Program-made: the position numbers and the translations under genes | The notes under the pieces: model-generated | What the model was told of the DNA's origin: nothing | The model's input: only the letters and a program-made list of their open reading frames with translations | The model's database searches: none | Origin: Octopus sinensis | Taxonomy: Eukaryota | Reading direction: 5' to 3' | NCBI RefSeq assembly: GCF_006345805.1 | Contig: NW_021832849.1 | Location: 1-64,000 of the forward strand | Length of the DNA: 64,000 bases | In this document: positions 27,820-40,657 of the stretch, one piece after another | How the letters are laid out: every line of letters starts with the position of its first letter | How positions within the stretch are numbered: position 1 is the first letter of the stretch

Positions 27820-29170
27820 AGCCTTCCTGTAAGGAGCGAGCTGGTTTCTAACAAATATACAAAGCACCACCGATAGAATGTATATAACAAAAAAACAAAT
27901 TCACATTTTGAACTTGAGGTAAGTGTCACATATTTTTACTGTTCCGCTTAGAAATTGTATTTATAATGTATGTGTTAGCTGGTTGATTTCTTCTGAAAAT
28001 TCTAGCTTTCCCAGACTCCAACTGACAAAATCAAGTGCTCCAATTATCATTGGTATGAATGTGAATTTATATTCTAGGTTTAGAAGCTGAAAGTTTCGAA
28101 GCTGTTGCTCATAGTTATCCTCCTCTTTGGTTTTCGAAGAGATATTCATATCAACATGGCAGCCGATCTAAGATGGTGCATACTTTTTGTTGTCTGTCTC
28201 AAACAATATATTTGGCCTATTATGTAGAAATTTTGATTTTAGCAACAGGGTCATGTCACATTAAGAAGTAATACGTTGATGGCATTTTCGGGCAATTACT
28301 AACCACATGTGTTATGTCGTCCAGAGCAATATGATATAATCGACATTTTTGCTTGCATCTTGAGGACTCATGGACTTAAATGTCTCTATTAAGAGATATT
28401 TTATAGCAATGTTCTGTTCTTGGATAGCAAATGTATACTCGTCGAAGTGTGATGTAGCAACCTTGATTCCAAGAGGGGCAATACTTTTCATGACGATATT
28501 AGCATCAGCTTTAAATCTTCGAGAAATATACCCATGTATAATATTTTTTGGTAAGGTGAGCGTCTCTTCTGAAATAAGGTATTGCAGTTATTTTGGGATT
28601 GTACGGGAGGTCATCGGGAAGAGAGTACTTTCTGAAGAACTCATTGCTGACACAGAAGATGTTCTCTTCGCTTTTCGGTACTAATTTTATATACTTATTT
28701 TTGCTGCGGTCTGAGAGATACTATAGGACATCCAAAGGCTGTCTGCTCTGATCTCAAGCCCCTATCTCGTTCATCTCTTCATAGGTCTAGCCTGTCAATA
28801 TCACTGTTTCTCCAGACGTTTCCAGTTGGTGCCAGGATCTTACAGGCTTTAATGTCTATGGAGTGAATTTCCTTTATAGACCAAATGGCATCAGCGCTGG
28901 CACTGCGAATGCATTGTGGGATACTGTCTTGTTATAAGAGGAGAGTTCCGACTGCCAAGTCTGCTGTAATACTCTCGGATAACTTTATCGTTATTTACAG
29001 CACCTTCCATCAATAACTAGGTATTTTTAGCATTCTCTGTGTGGAACAGGAGAGACAAAGAGACCGTTGATGCTCACATTCTAGGTTTGATTTTCCTTGT
29101 TCAACAATCAAATACGAATATTTCTTTTGGCTTAATTGCATTCCTATGTCAGCTGAAAATGTTATTAACT
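27820..29170 (-). mobile_element. Old degraded R4/Dong-type retrotransposon 3' fragment
   Basis: Minus-strand remnants SDIDRLDL*RDERDRGL, ITHVVSNCPKM..HD.VAK and FTFIPMIIGAL. Confidence 0.65.
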
Positions 29171-29354
29171 CCTGCTGCTTTTTGACACTGCAAATATTTT
29201 TAGTATAGGCCATACATACATTAAATATACACGCGCGCGCGCACACACACACATAATATATACATACATATGTAAATATTGTGTGTAGTGTATATGTATA
29301 AATATGCATATATACATATATTTATATAATAGGTGTAATGTATATATAGAGAGA

Positions 29355-29612
29355 GGCGCAGGCGTGACTGTGTAGTAAGGCAGCGAGCTGGCAGAAGCGT
29401 TAGCACGCCGGGAGAAATGCCTAGAGGTATTTCGTCTGTCGTTACGTTCTGAGTTCAAATTACGCCGAGGTCGACTTTACCTTTCATCCCTTCAGGATCG
29501 ATAAATTAAGTACCAGTTACGCTCTGGGGTCGATATAATCAACTTAATCTCCTTGTCTGTCCTTGTTTGTCCCCTCTATGTTTAGCCCCTTGCGGGTAAT
29601 AAAGAAATAAGA
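29355..29612 (+). mobile_element. SINE family B (Tx1-like tail) preceded by ~20 nt of a SINE A head
   Basis: ggcgcaggcgtgactgtgtagtaag joined to gcagcgagctggcagaagcgttagc. Confidence 0.85.
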
Positions 29613-30408
29613 AGCTTGCTCTCCAACTACATGGTAGGGATGGTGGGGTTCGAATGTGTAGGGGTGAGGTAACGAGGGAGGAGGTGACGATGAAGGGAGG
29701 GGGTGGTGATGAAGGGAGAGGGTGGAAGGTGGGTAGGAGTGAAAAGAGGAAGTAGGTGCCAGAGCAAGAGAGGAGAGATGAGTGGGAGGAAATAGTGTGA
29801 GAGGAAGAGAGTAGAGAGGAAGAGAGTTAGATGAAGAGGAGAGGAGAGTTGAGCCCATGTGGCGGTTTAGATAGATACATATGTCTCAAGTGGTTATGTA
29901 ATAAATTGTGACGCAGATTCTGGTCTCTCCACTCGTTGCAAGCGAAATAACTTGGTACATTCAAGTTTGCCGTGTATAAAGTGACTGGATAAGTAAACCA
30001 CACAAAAACATACAATAAAACCGCACAGATTATGAAAAAATAAAAATTAAAAAAAAACGGTAAATAAAAAAAAAGAGAGAATATAGTTGAAGTATTTGAG
30101 AAAGGCAGAGAAGTAACAAAAGATGACATACGGACTTCATACTCTACTAAATTAGTTCTACAAGAAAATCTCAAACTTATATTTTTTGTTACCGAATATC
30201 TGCTTCTTTGTGAAATACATTCATTACATTTCTCTTTTCACATAGCTTCTAAATTACGGACCTATAAACTCCACGATCTACCAGAAAGTTATATCAACAC
30301 GACAATTTTACTTGTTTGAAAACTGCCGAAAACTCAGTCTTTTTCGCGTATCTCTGTTTATTGTGCTCCTATGGTACCTATGCTTCTTTCGCACAAAAAA
30401 TACTAATA

Positions 30409-30809
30409 GGCGCAGGAGTGACTGTGTGGTAGGTAGCTTGCTTCCCAACCACATGGTTCCGGGTTCAGTCCCACTGCGTGGCACCTTGGGCAAGTGTCTT
30501 CTACTATAGCCTCGGGCCGACCAAAGCCTTGTGAGTGGATTTGGTAGACGGAAACTGAAAGAAGCCCACAGTATATATGTATATATATGTATGTAAGTGT
30601 GTGTGTATATGTGTGTCTGTGTTTGTCCCCCCGTCATCGCTTGACAACCGATGCTGGTGTGTTTACGTCCCCGTAACTTAGCGGTTCGGCAAAAGATACT
30701 GATAGAATAATTACTAGGCTTACAAAGAATAAGTCCTGGGGTCGATTTGCTCGACTAAAGATGGTGCTCCAACCTGGCCACAGTCAAATGACGAAACAAG
30801 TAAAGGAGT
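30409..30809 (+). mobile_element. Full-length SINE family A
   Basis: Close to the in-window consensus. Confidence 0.92.
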
Positions 30810-31165
30810 AGCTCAAATTTGGTCTCACTTAAACGAACACTTTCTGACTGTTTATCTTTCCGATACCATTTTTGGACTTCCACGTCAGGACACATCCTCA
30901 TGAATTTGCACGAGAACTATGAATAGAAAATATATAAATAATAATTTGAATCTCTTCATATTCTATTTTTCTTTTTCTTTTAATTATTTAAATGCTTTTA
31001 CTGTATTTTTACTGTATTTATATGTATTTGATTATTATTTCTCTTTATTATTAATAATTAATTTAATATTAATAATTAGCAATATCTTAGGATAATTACA
31101 TTCATTGTAATCTCCCTTTTTACTCCTTTTTTTCTCTGTTCCCTGTAAGTGTATTATTCAGTCAC

Positions 31166-31217
<52 letters not shown>

Positions 31218-31233
31218 TTGTCTATCTATCTAC

Positions 31234-31308
<75 letters not shown>

Positions 31309-31319
31309 CATGCATATAT

Positions 31320-31518
31320 AGGGAGATTTTACGAAAAGAACAAAAGACGAAGACAGGTGGTGTACAAAACAAACAGATGTATTAGTATAACGCACAGGAA
31401 TAGAAAAAGTCTTGTACGTTTCGAGCCTACGCTCTTCTACAGAAAGGGACACAGAAAAAACAAGGAGAGAAAAGGATAGAAAAAATGTGTGTAGTGGCTA
31501 ACGATCTATCATGGCGAC
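31320..31518 (-). mobile_element. Short Penelope-associated repeat (pLTR-like) with a hammerhead-like core
   Basis: Homologous to 63085-63272(+) and to 56990-57170(+), which lies downstream of the GIY-YIG remnant. Confidence 0.65.
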
Positions 31519-31551
31519 TACATATATATTTGTATATGTATGTATGTATGT

Positions 31552-31585
<34 letters not shown>

Positions 31586-31693
31586 ACATATATATACATA
31601 CACACACAGACGCATACACGCACAAATACACATATTTATATACATGTACATATGCGTATATATATCGACATACATGCATTCATCATGCGTACA

Positions 31694-31736
<43 letters not shown>

Positions 31737-31822
31737 ATATATATAGATATATATAAATATCTCACCCCTCTCTCTCTTTTTCTCTCACTCTCTCTCTCTC
31801 TCTCGCTATCATTCACTCACTG

Positions 31823-31884
<62 letters not shown>

Positions 31885-32479
31885 GATTGAGTGAATGAGA
31901 GAGAGAGAGTGAGAGTGTGTGTGTGAGAGAGAAAGAGAGAAAAAGAGAGAGAGGGGTGAGATATTTGGCATAAAGCCGAGTACTGACCTATGAAATGAAT
32001 GACTAAATAACTACCTTTTATACATACCGAACTTGTGGTCCTTGGAGGTTAATTATGAAATTGAGCAGAACCCCAGACCATGATAAATAGTATTAAAGAA
32101 CAAACGCAGCAACATCAACAACAACAGCATCAAGAACAACAAAACGCTCTCGATCATTAAAGCAGGGCTGTGTTGGTGGTGGGGATGCATCATCTCCTTT
32201 CCCCTAATAACAAATAATATTTACTACAACTTTTGTACGAACTCTATATCATTTCCCACAATCTTGTTATGGCATCAACTCGGCTCAGGGCTCTACTTCA
32301 CAAAGTGTTTCATTGTATCGGAAATGCGAATCCCACTCCCGTCTCCTTCCTCATAGATCCCTTCTCATCAACGTGACCCCTAAAACACCATGAGCAAGAA
32401 AGAAAAAATAACAAGAATCATACTTCGAAATATTTGATAAGGAAATAAAAAAATACGTTTAAAAATATAGACTTGTTGG

Positions 32480-33060
32480 TGTTTGAGGTATTTGTTGTGG
32501 TTTTTGATGGTGAGGGTGGCTCTGATGATGGAGATTATAGGGACTATGGCGGTGGCCGTGATGGTGGTGGTGGTGGGGTAGATGCTGGTGATGTAAGTTT
32601 TACTGGATTTTGTAGTAGTATTGGTAGGAGTAGCAGGAGTAATAGTAGTAGTAGTAGTAGTAGCAATAGTAGTAGTGGTGATGCTGGTGATGGTGGTGAG
32701 TATGATGTGTATGAGGATGATGATGGTGATGATGATAGTGTTGGTAGTGGTTATGGTGTTTTCTGGGGTGATGGTGGTGGTGGTGGTGGCGGTAGTGCTA
32801 GCTGCGATGGTAATTATGAAAGTGTGATGTTGGTAGTGATAGGGATGCTGCTGATGGTGGTGGTTGTGTTAGTTGTGCCATTGGTGTTGGTGCTGCTGCT
32901 GATGGTTATGGTGCTTGTGGAGGGGACAGGATTTATGATGGAGCTGCTGGTTCAGGTGATGTCTGTTGTGATGGTGGTGGCGGCGGTATTGGTTGTAGTG
33001 GTGGTGGTGGTGGTGGTGATGATGATGATAGTGATGATTGTGGTGGTATTAATTGCATTG

Positions 33061-33112
<52 letters not shown>

Positions 33113-33150
33113 GTAGTAGTAGTAGTAGTGGCTGTAGCAACAATGGTGGT
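32480..33150. repeat. Degenerate (GGT/GAT/AGT/ACT)n trinucleotide field
   Basis: Direct read; source of the 246-aa low-complexity ORF. Confidence 0.9.
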
Positions 33151-33759
33151 GCTGTCCCGACAGTCGGTGGGAGTAGGAAGAAGGGAAAAATAGATAAAAA
33201 ATGTCATAAATAAATAAAGAAACGGAAAGTAAATAAAATATTTAGGATATGTCAGCTGAGAGAGTTAAGGTTCAATTTTAGCTGTACGTCTGACTCCCTT
33301 GTGGGGTCTAAAAAGACAATATAACTCAAATTAATACTTGACCTTTACGAAGCAATACTAAATTATTCGTGTTTACATGACCTGCTAGAAACAACAGCTA
33401 AATCTCTCTCAATTCACATCCTATTGCTTTTCAAAATATATATAATGGAAGGACATATTTGATAATATCGACTGCAGTCTTAGATCATTTATGTTTGAGG
33501 AGATGGGAACGCCATGGTTTGAATGCCTTTGACCCTATACCTACTCAATTACTGCTGACCTTGGGCTAAACAGCAGCAGCAGCAGCAGCGACAGCAACAA
33601 TAACAACTACAACAATAGCAGTTAGCTGAACTATACTGACAATTTTCACTAAATGTACATCATACAATTACATTATTTTTTGTTATCCCCCTTCTCTGTG
33701 TCACTCTTTTCTCCCCAGAGGATGTCAGCCGAAGGAGGGAAATGTCTGATGTACGTTAT

Positions 33760-34680
33760 AGCATATCATGCACCCCCACACACATAAACATATGTACACA
33801 AATACACACACGGACTCACATGAACACATACATATATACACATACATAGACACACAAACATTTATACGTATACGCAAACATGGACACATACAGATGCAAG
33901 TACACACAATGCATACATATAAACACATATACACATACACTAGCACATAAACAGATAAACACATACACTTGTACACATACACGTGCAGATAAATTAGAAT
34001 ACACACATATACACACATCTTTTTAAGATATACATGCAACGCACTTACACACACATACGCACACATATACACATGCGCACACACACATATATAACCATAT
34101 ACACCTCATAAACAGGCGCACGCACACATCAGACTCGAATATTTATACATACTCGTTCATACACACATGTTTATACATATGCACGTAGGCACACATACAT
34201 TTGCACACATACTCACACATACGCATGCGGATACACATACATCTGTGCGCGCATATGCATACACATATATACCCAAACGCACACAAATGCACACGTAAAT
34301 ACACATGCTCAAATATAGTGTCACAAATACAATCATTTGCATAGACATACGCATACGTAGACACGAGAAATACTCCTCATACTCACACGTTCAAATACTC
34401 ACACATATTTTTACACTCATACACACTGTCATACACATACCCATACACTCACACACATACACACACTATTACACTCACATACAGTCATACACCTACACTA
34501 ACACACTCATACATACACACATCCACAACTGTTATACAAATAAAAGAACACACTTACACATACACACATTCATACACAAAAACTCACACATAGTTTTAAA
34601 TTCATACACACACTCATATATACTGTCATACATAGACACATACACTCACACACATGCAAATACATGTGTTTACACACCTC
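33760..34680. repeat. Degenerate CA-rich low-complexity array
   Basis: Direct read. Confidence 0.9.
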
Positions 34681-34859
34681 CCCCCTCCTCTGCTTAACCA
34701 TGTTTTATTATTACACATTAGCGAATAAGTACCGAAGGGTTCCTTCTCCTCTTCAACTCTTCCTATTCCCCCTCTCTCTCTCCTCTTTCTCTCATTTGCT
34801 CGTTTTCTCCTTCTTTCTCATCCTTATATCTTCTCCATTTTGTTTATTTCCTACTTTCA

Positions 34860-34899
<40 letters not shown>

Positions 34900-35424
34900 T
34901 CTCTCCCATGTTTATTTTTCTGTCTCAACCCATTCCTCATCTCTCACCCACAACTCCAACTTCTCTCTCCTCACTTACATGCACATTTCTCCTATCTCTC
35001 TCCCTCCCTCCCTCTTCTCATCCCTTCTTTCTCTTCTGTCTGTCTGTCTGTCTCGGTCTGTCTTCCTCCTCTTCTCTCTAACATTATTTTTCAAAGCAAT
35101 GAATTATTGTTCCAATGGAGTTTATTAATAATTATTTTGCTCACATGCTGCAAACAACAACAACAATAATAATAATCATGCGAAAGATGATGATGCTGAT
35201 GATGCTGATGAAAATGCAAATATAATATAAACACAATAATTGGAATTAAGTTTATTTGGTGAACTGTTTACCAAAATAATAATTACGCTAATGATGATGA
35301 TGATGATGATACTGCTGCTGCTGCTGATGAGAAGAATTCTGATAACGAATTCGTTATTGCAATCGCTAAGTCATCAGACATTTCAGGGTGTACTTATATG
35401 TACATACATATGTATATAAGTACG

Positions 35425-35478
<54 letters not shown>

Positions 35479-35604
35479 CATACATATATATATGTATATC
35501 TATGTATATATATCTATGTATATATATATATGTACATATATGCATACATACATATATATATTTTATTTTGGGATGGTCATTTTTATGGACCAAATATATG
35601 TATA

Positions 35605-35655
<51 letters not shown>

Positions 35656-36289
35656 ATCTATCTATCTATCTGCACCCCCCACACACAAACAAAATTATAT
35701 GTCCATATATGTATGTGTGCCTGAGAGTGTGAGTGTGTGTGTGTGTGTGTGTATCTGTTCGATTATTTTAGAAAATTCCCGTTTAGCTTCTTCTTCTTCT
35801 TCTTCTTCTTCTTCTTCTTCTTCTTCTTCCCCTTCTTGGTTTCAGCCAACTCAGTTATTCTGTGTGTTTCCATGCCCCGAGGGGTGAGCTGGGCAACACA
35901 TGACTCTCATACATGTATTTCTCATATTCCTATCACGACGGTGGTTGTCATACAAATATATATTAGTGCCACGTGTTACCCAACACGCCTCCTGGACACG
36001 CAACAAGTACACAGAATGATAAATATGGTTAAAAAAAAAAAAGAAAATTAGAGAAAAACGAAAGAAAAAAAGAGGCTGAAACGAAATTCTTGCAGAATAT
36101 CCGAACCGTTTGATCAACAGCTTCAGGCTTTTGCGGGAAGATAATTAAGTATCATTCATTCTTATTTTATTCGAAACTAAATGTAACATCTTTTGGTTTA
36201 ATTTCTTGATTTGGAAATGAAGCACCAGAAAAAACGATTTACATCGAAGTCTTTTTTGTTTTCTCCACTTGAAACTGATTTTACGCCAT

Positions 36290-36362
36290 GTCATCCCAGT
36301 GTTTGCACTGAAGATGCACAATATGTTGAAACGGAGCCGTTTGCAGATTTAAAGAGGACGGA
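36290..36362 (+). ncRNA. Candidate type I hammerhead ribozyme
   Basis: GTTTGCA CTGAAGA TGCACAATATGTT GAAA CGG-AG-CCG TT TGCAGAT: full catalytic core, 7-bp stem I, stem III and GUU cleavage triplet; stem II imperfect. Confidence 0.65.
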
Positions 36363-36384
36363 ACAGCAAATATTCATGGTTATC

Positions 36385-36535
36385 TGTTTCTTTATTACCC
36401 ACAAGGGGCTAAACATAGAAGGGACAAACAAGGACAGACAAAGGGATTAAGTCAATTACATCGACCCCAGTGCGTAACTGGGACTTATTTAATCGACCCC
36501 GAAAGGATGAAAGGCAAAGTCGACCTCGGTGGAAT
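36385..36535 (-). mobile_element. SINE family B 3' half with Tx1-like tail
   Basis: Homology to the other B copies. Confidence 0.85.
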
Positions 36536-36681
36536 TACAAATATTCATGGTTATCGTCATCATCATCACTGTCTTCGTCGTCGTCGTCGGCCCTGTCGTT
36601 GCCGCCGTCGTCGTCGTCGCTGTCATCATCATCATCGTCGTCGCTGTCATCATCCTCATCCTCATCATCATCATCATCATC

Positions 36682-38244
36682 GTCAAAGCCAGTGGGTTTG
36701 CGGCTCGGCACTTGGAGAAGCAAGCCCATGCCGTCCAACAGCGTCTCCGTCGTGGGACGCTGGACCGACGGACCGGTTAAATTGCTCGCAACCTGGTTCG
36801 GTTCGGACCTCCAAATGGAGAAGAATTGGGGCGAAATAACGACTAGGGTGGCCATTCTCATCCAGCAATGGGCCGAGAGGAAGCTATCCCTAAAAGGTCG
36901 GGCGGAGGTGGCGAACTCGTACATCGCATCCATCATCGATTACCGTCTGACCATCGTGCCTGGTCCCGACCCTACCATCACCAAACTGGAACGCATACTC
37001 TTCCACTTCTTGTGGAAGGGAAGCGTTCCGATGGTTAGGCGATCCATTTGCTGTCAACACCCGCTAAATGGAGGGCTAGGCACGCTGTAGTTGATGAGGC
37101 GCAGATATGCGCTGAGATTGCGACATCTCCGGCGCTTCATAGACGACGGTGAACAGGTGTGGTCGCCGTTTGTGCGGTGCGCTTTCCCGCAGCTCGTTTC
37201 CTTGGCTGAACTGCAGTCGCGGATCAAACAGAGACCGAGGCTAGGCGAATGGCACCGCGAGTGTCGCGTTGCTCTCAAGCAACTCTGCCGTCCAGGACCA
37301 AATTTGTGCGACTTAATTACAACAAAGGCGTTCTATAGAGGATTAGTGGAGGGTAGGTGTGACGACGTCGGGCAGAATCTGGGCGTCGACGAGGAACACC
37401 TGACCCGCCTATTCAGGACAACTTTCGGGCCGGGAACTATGGACAATCACCAAAGGTCCCTGGCCTGGTAGTGCTATCGAGAAGCATTACCCGGTCGGGA
37501 TAAGCTCTACAGGCACGGTTCAAGACACACCGGACCGACTTGCTCGAGATGCGGTCAGAGCGACGAAACCGTTCTGCACACACTCGTGCAGTGTCCAACC
37601 ATTTCGGACCTGTGGGCTTATGCCGAACGGCTGCTGCCATGTGTGGCACGAGTCCGCCTGTCGGCCGAGTCTATCATGGCAATTGCTCTGCCATCTTCCC
37701 TCAACCAGGATAGCAAGGCAGCCTTCATCGTACTGGTGGCCATGGTGAAAGAATATGTGGACTCGATGTGGTGGACTCGAGCGAAAGTGTTAGAGACAAG
37801 CACCTACCTCTCTGGCCAATCGCTCGTCAACTTTTTCAAGTACCACTTGAAAAGGAAGTGAGAATGGAGAGGCAGGTTTTGTCTCGTGAGTGTTTCAAAA
37901 AAAGGTGGGTGAATGTAGCAAAGATGGTGCGTGCGAGTGACGAAACGACTTTAAGCATGATGCTGTAAATCGAAAAAAGAGAGAAAAAGAGCACTTTGCT
38001 CTCATGTGTTTATTCCCTCCCTGCCTGAGATTATTGTGGTCTTTTCCGTAGGCTTTTCTTTCCACGGATAAACCTAATCTTACTTTTTACATTTGATGGT
38101 CCCTTTTCGTCGTTTTTTTCCCTAATCTCTTTTGATCGGAACTTTACTTTCTTATTTTGCCTCATTTTTTCATTTTCGAAAAGAAAAACTCTACATTTGT
38201 ATTTGTCCCCTCTGTGTTCAGCCCTGTGTGGCTAATAAAGAAAG
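36682..38244 (+). mobile_element. 5'-truncated Tx1/L1-clade LINE, degraded
   Basis: RKLSLKGRAEVANSYIASIIDYRLT; C-terminal CxxC-x8-H-x4-C knuckle; 3' UTR ends aataaagaaag followed by (TCTA/TCTG)n. Confidence 0.88.
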
Positions 38245-38263
38245 TTATCTATCTATCTATATA

Positions 38264-38360
<97 letters not shown>

Positions 38361-38394
38361 ATCTATCTATCTATCTATCGATCTATCTATCTAT

Positions 38395-39825
38395 CTTTCG
38401 CTTCTTGTGGAAAGGATGCGTCCCGATGGTCAGGCGATCCATTTGCTGTCAACACCCGTTAAAAGGAGGGCTGGGCATGCCGTGGTTGATGATGCGCAGA
38501 CACGCGCTGAGACTGCGACATCTCAGGCTCTTCGTAGACGACGGTGAACAGGTGTGGTCGCCGTTTGTGAGGCACGCTTTCCCGCAGCTCGTCTCCATGA
38601 CCGAACTGCAGTCGTGGATCAAAAAGAGGCCGAGGAAGGGCGAATGGCACCGCGAGTGTCGCGTTACTCTCAAGCAACTCTGCCGTCCCGGGTCGACCTT
38701 GAGTGACTTCAACACAACCAAAACATTCTATAGGGGATTAGTGGAGGGGAGGTACAACGACGAGCTCGGGGCGAACCTGGACGTCGACGAGGAGTACCTG
38801 ACCCGCCTGTTCGGGACGACTTTCGGGCCAGGGCCCATGGACAACTTCCAGAGATCCCTGGCCTGGCAGTGCTACCGAGAAGCGCTACCCGTTCGGGATA
38901 AGCTCTACAGACACGGCTCGAGAAACACGGGGCCGACCTGCCCGAGATGCGGTCAGAGCGACGAAACCGTTCTGCACGCACTCGTGCAGTGTCCAACAAT
39001 TTCTGACCTGTGGGCTTATGTCGAACAACTGCTGTCACGTGTGGGATGAGTCGGTTTATCAGCTGATTCTTTCGTCAATATTGTCACGCCTCCTTCCTTC
39101 AAACGGGAAGGAAGAGCTATTTTCATCATCCTTGTGGCTATGGCGAAAGAATGTATCTGGTGGACGCGTCTGAAAGGATTGGAGACAAACACTTTCCTCT
39201 CTGGTCAATCTCTCATCAACTTCTTCAAGTACCACTTGAAAAGGAAAGTGAGAATAGAGAGGCAAGTTTTGTTTAGCGAATGTTTTAAAAAAAGATGGGT
39301 GAATGTAGCAAGAATGGCACGTATGAATGACGAGGCCACCTTGAGTATAATCCCATGAACCCAGAAATTGAAAACAGAGGGTTACCCACTTGCAAACAAA
39401 CGTGGTAACATATAACAATATTGACCAAGGTTACCGTGGTCTTTTTCGTAGGCTTTTCTTCCCACGGATAAACCTTACTTGCTTTCCCCTTTACACCATA
39501 TATCATAACACTGTGATACACGATCCCTATTGATCGTTTTTTTTCTTCTTCCCCTTTTTTTTCCCTTTTTTCTTCTTTTTTCATTTCTCTTTTCTTTTGT
39601 TCCTTTTCCTTTTCTTTTTTCTTATTTTTCTTTTTTCTTTTTTCTTTTATTTATTTATTTTTTTTGTTCTTTTCTTCCCCTTTACGATCTCTCTTGATCG
39701 AAAACCTACGCCACCCCCCTTTTTTTTGTTTCTTTTGTTTTTTGTTTTTTTCATGCCCCAAAAGAAAAGCTCTACCCTGTAACTTGTCCCATCTGTGTGC
39801 AGCCCTGTGTGGCCAATAAAGAAAC
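38395..39825 (+). mobile_element. Second 5'-truncated Tx1/L1-clade LINE with a less disrupted ORF, flanked on both sides by (TCTA)n
   Basis: FRFLWKGCVPMVRRSICCQHPLKGGLGMP ... CPRCGQSDETVLHALVQC; same 3' terminus as the upstream copy. Confidence 0.9.
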
Positions 39826-39914
<89 letters not shown>

Positions 39915-40379
39915 CACGTACACGCTCATACTATGGTCTTGTACATTGTTTATCAAGTTTACCAACAAGGCATTAATTGGTCCAAGGTTCTAGTTGAAAC
40001 ACTTGTCTAAGTGGTCACTAAGTTGACACAGAATCCAACACTATATGGTCACGAAGTGAATTTCTTACCACACAGCCTTGTGCGGATAAAAACTGTATGA
40101 AAGCCACTGTGGATTACATCATTTCTATATGGATCCCTAACCATCGCAAACTATAAAGAACTCAGTATGGTACGTTTTGCATTCTAACAGACTGCACCAG
40201 AGACCACCTGCACAATGACACAGTGAAGGACCGCTTACGCAGTTCCCGAAATGCAAGAAATAGCAGCTCAATCTCCCTTAAATTACGCCCCAACTGTTCT
40301 TCCACAAAAGAATGGCAAAACTGATAATGTAGTTCATAGATATACGATACTGAACCCCATCCCTAAGGTATTTTAGCTA

Positions 40380-40620
40380 CGAATTTCTGGTAGGGCCTTG
40401 CATACAGGTCGGGTCAAATGATAGAGACCAGAGGTAAAAATGGGTTTGCGCAGAACCAGCAACCCTGCTTAGGAAGAAAGCAAAGTTACAGAAGCATCGA
40501 TGACTATTCAAAACCAAATGGACCTGAGAAAGGAAGGCCTTAAAAGACAGTCCAGAGTCGAGAACAATGGAGAAATATCGTCGATGGTCTATATTCCATA
40601 AGGAGCTTAAGTAAGTGAAG
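40380..40620 (+). mobile_element. Possible internally deleted RTE-clade remnant
   Basis: QSREQWRNIVDGLYS resembles the RTE C-terminal DR..WR..V.GL motif; ends cttaagtaagt. Confidence 0.4.
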
Positions 40621-40657
40621 GTGTTTGGGCCAGGAGCTCAGCTAAGTACATCTAGAG

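Noticed and set aside
35846-35883. 38-nt plus-strand exon candidate with strong splice signals
   Set aside because: The pyrimidine tract is a (TTC)n microsatellite and all three frames are open, so it is uninformative without RNA data.
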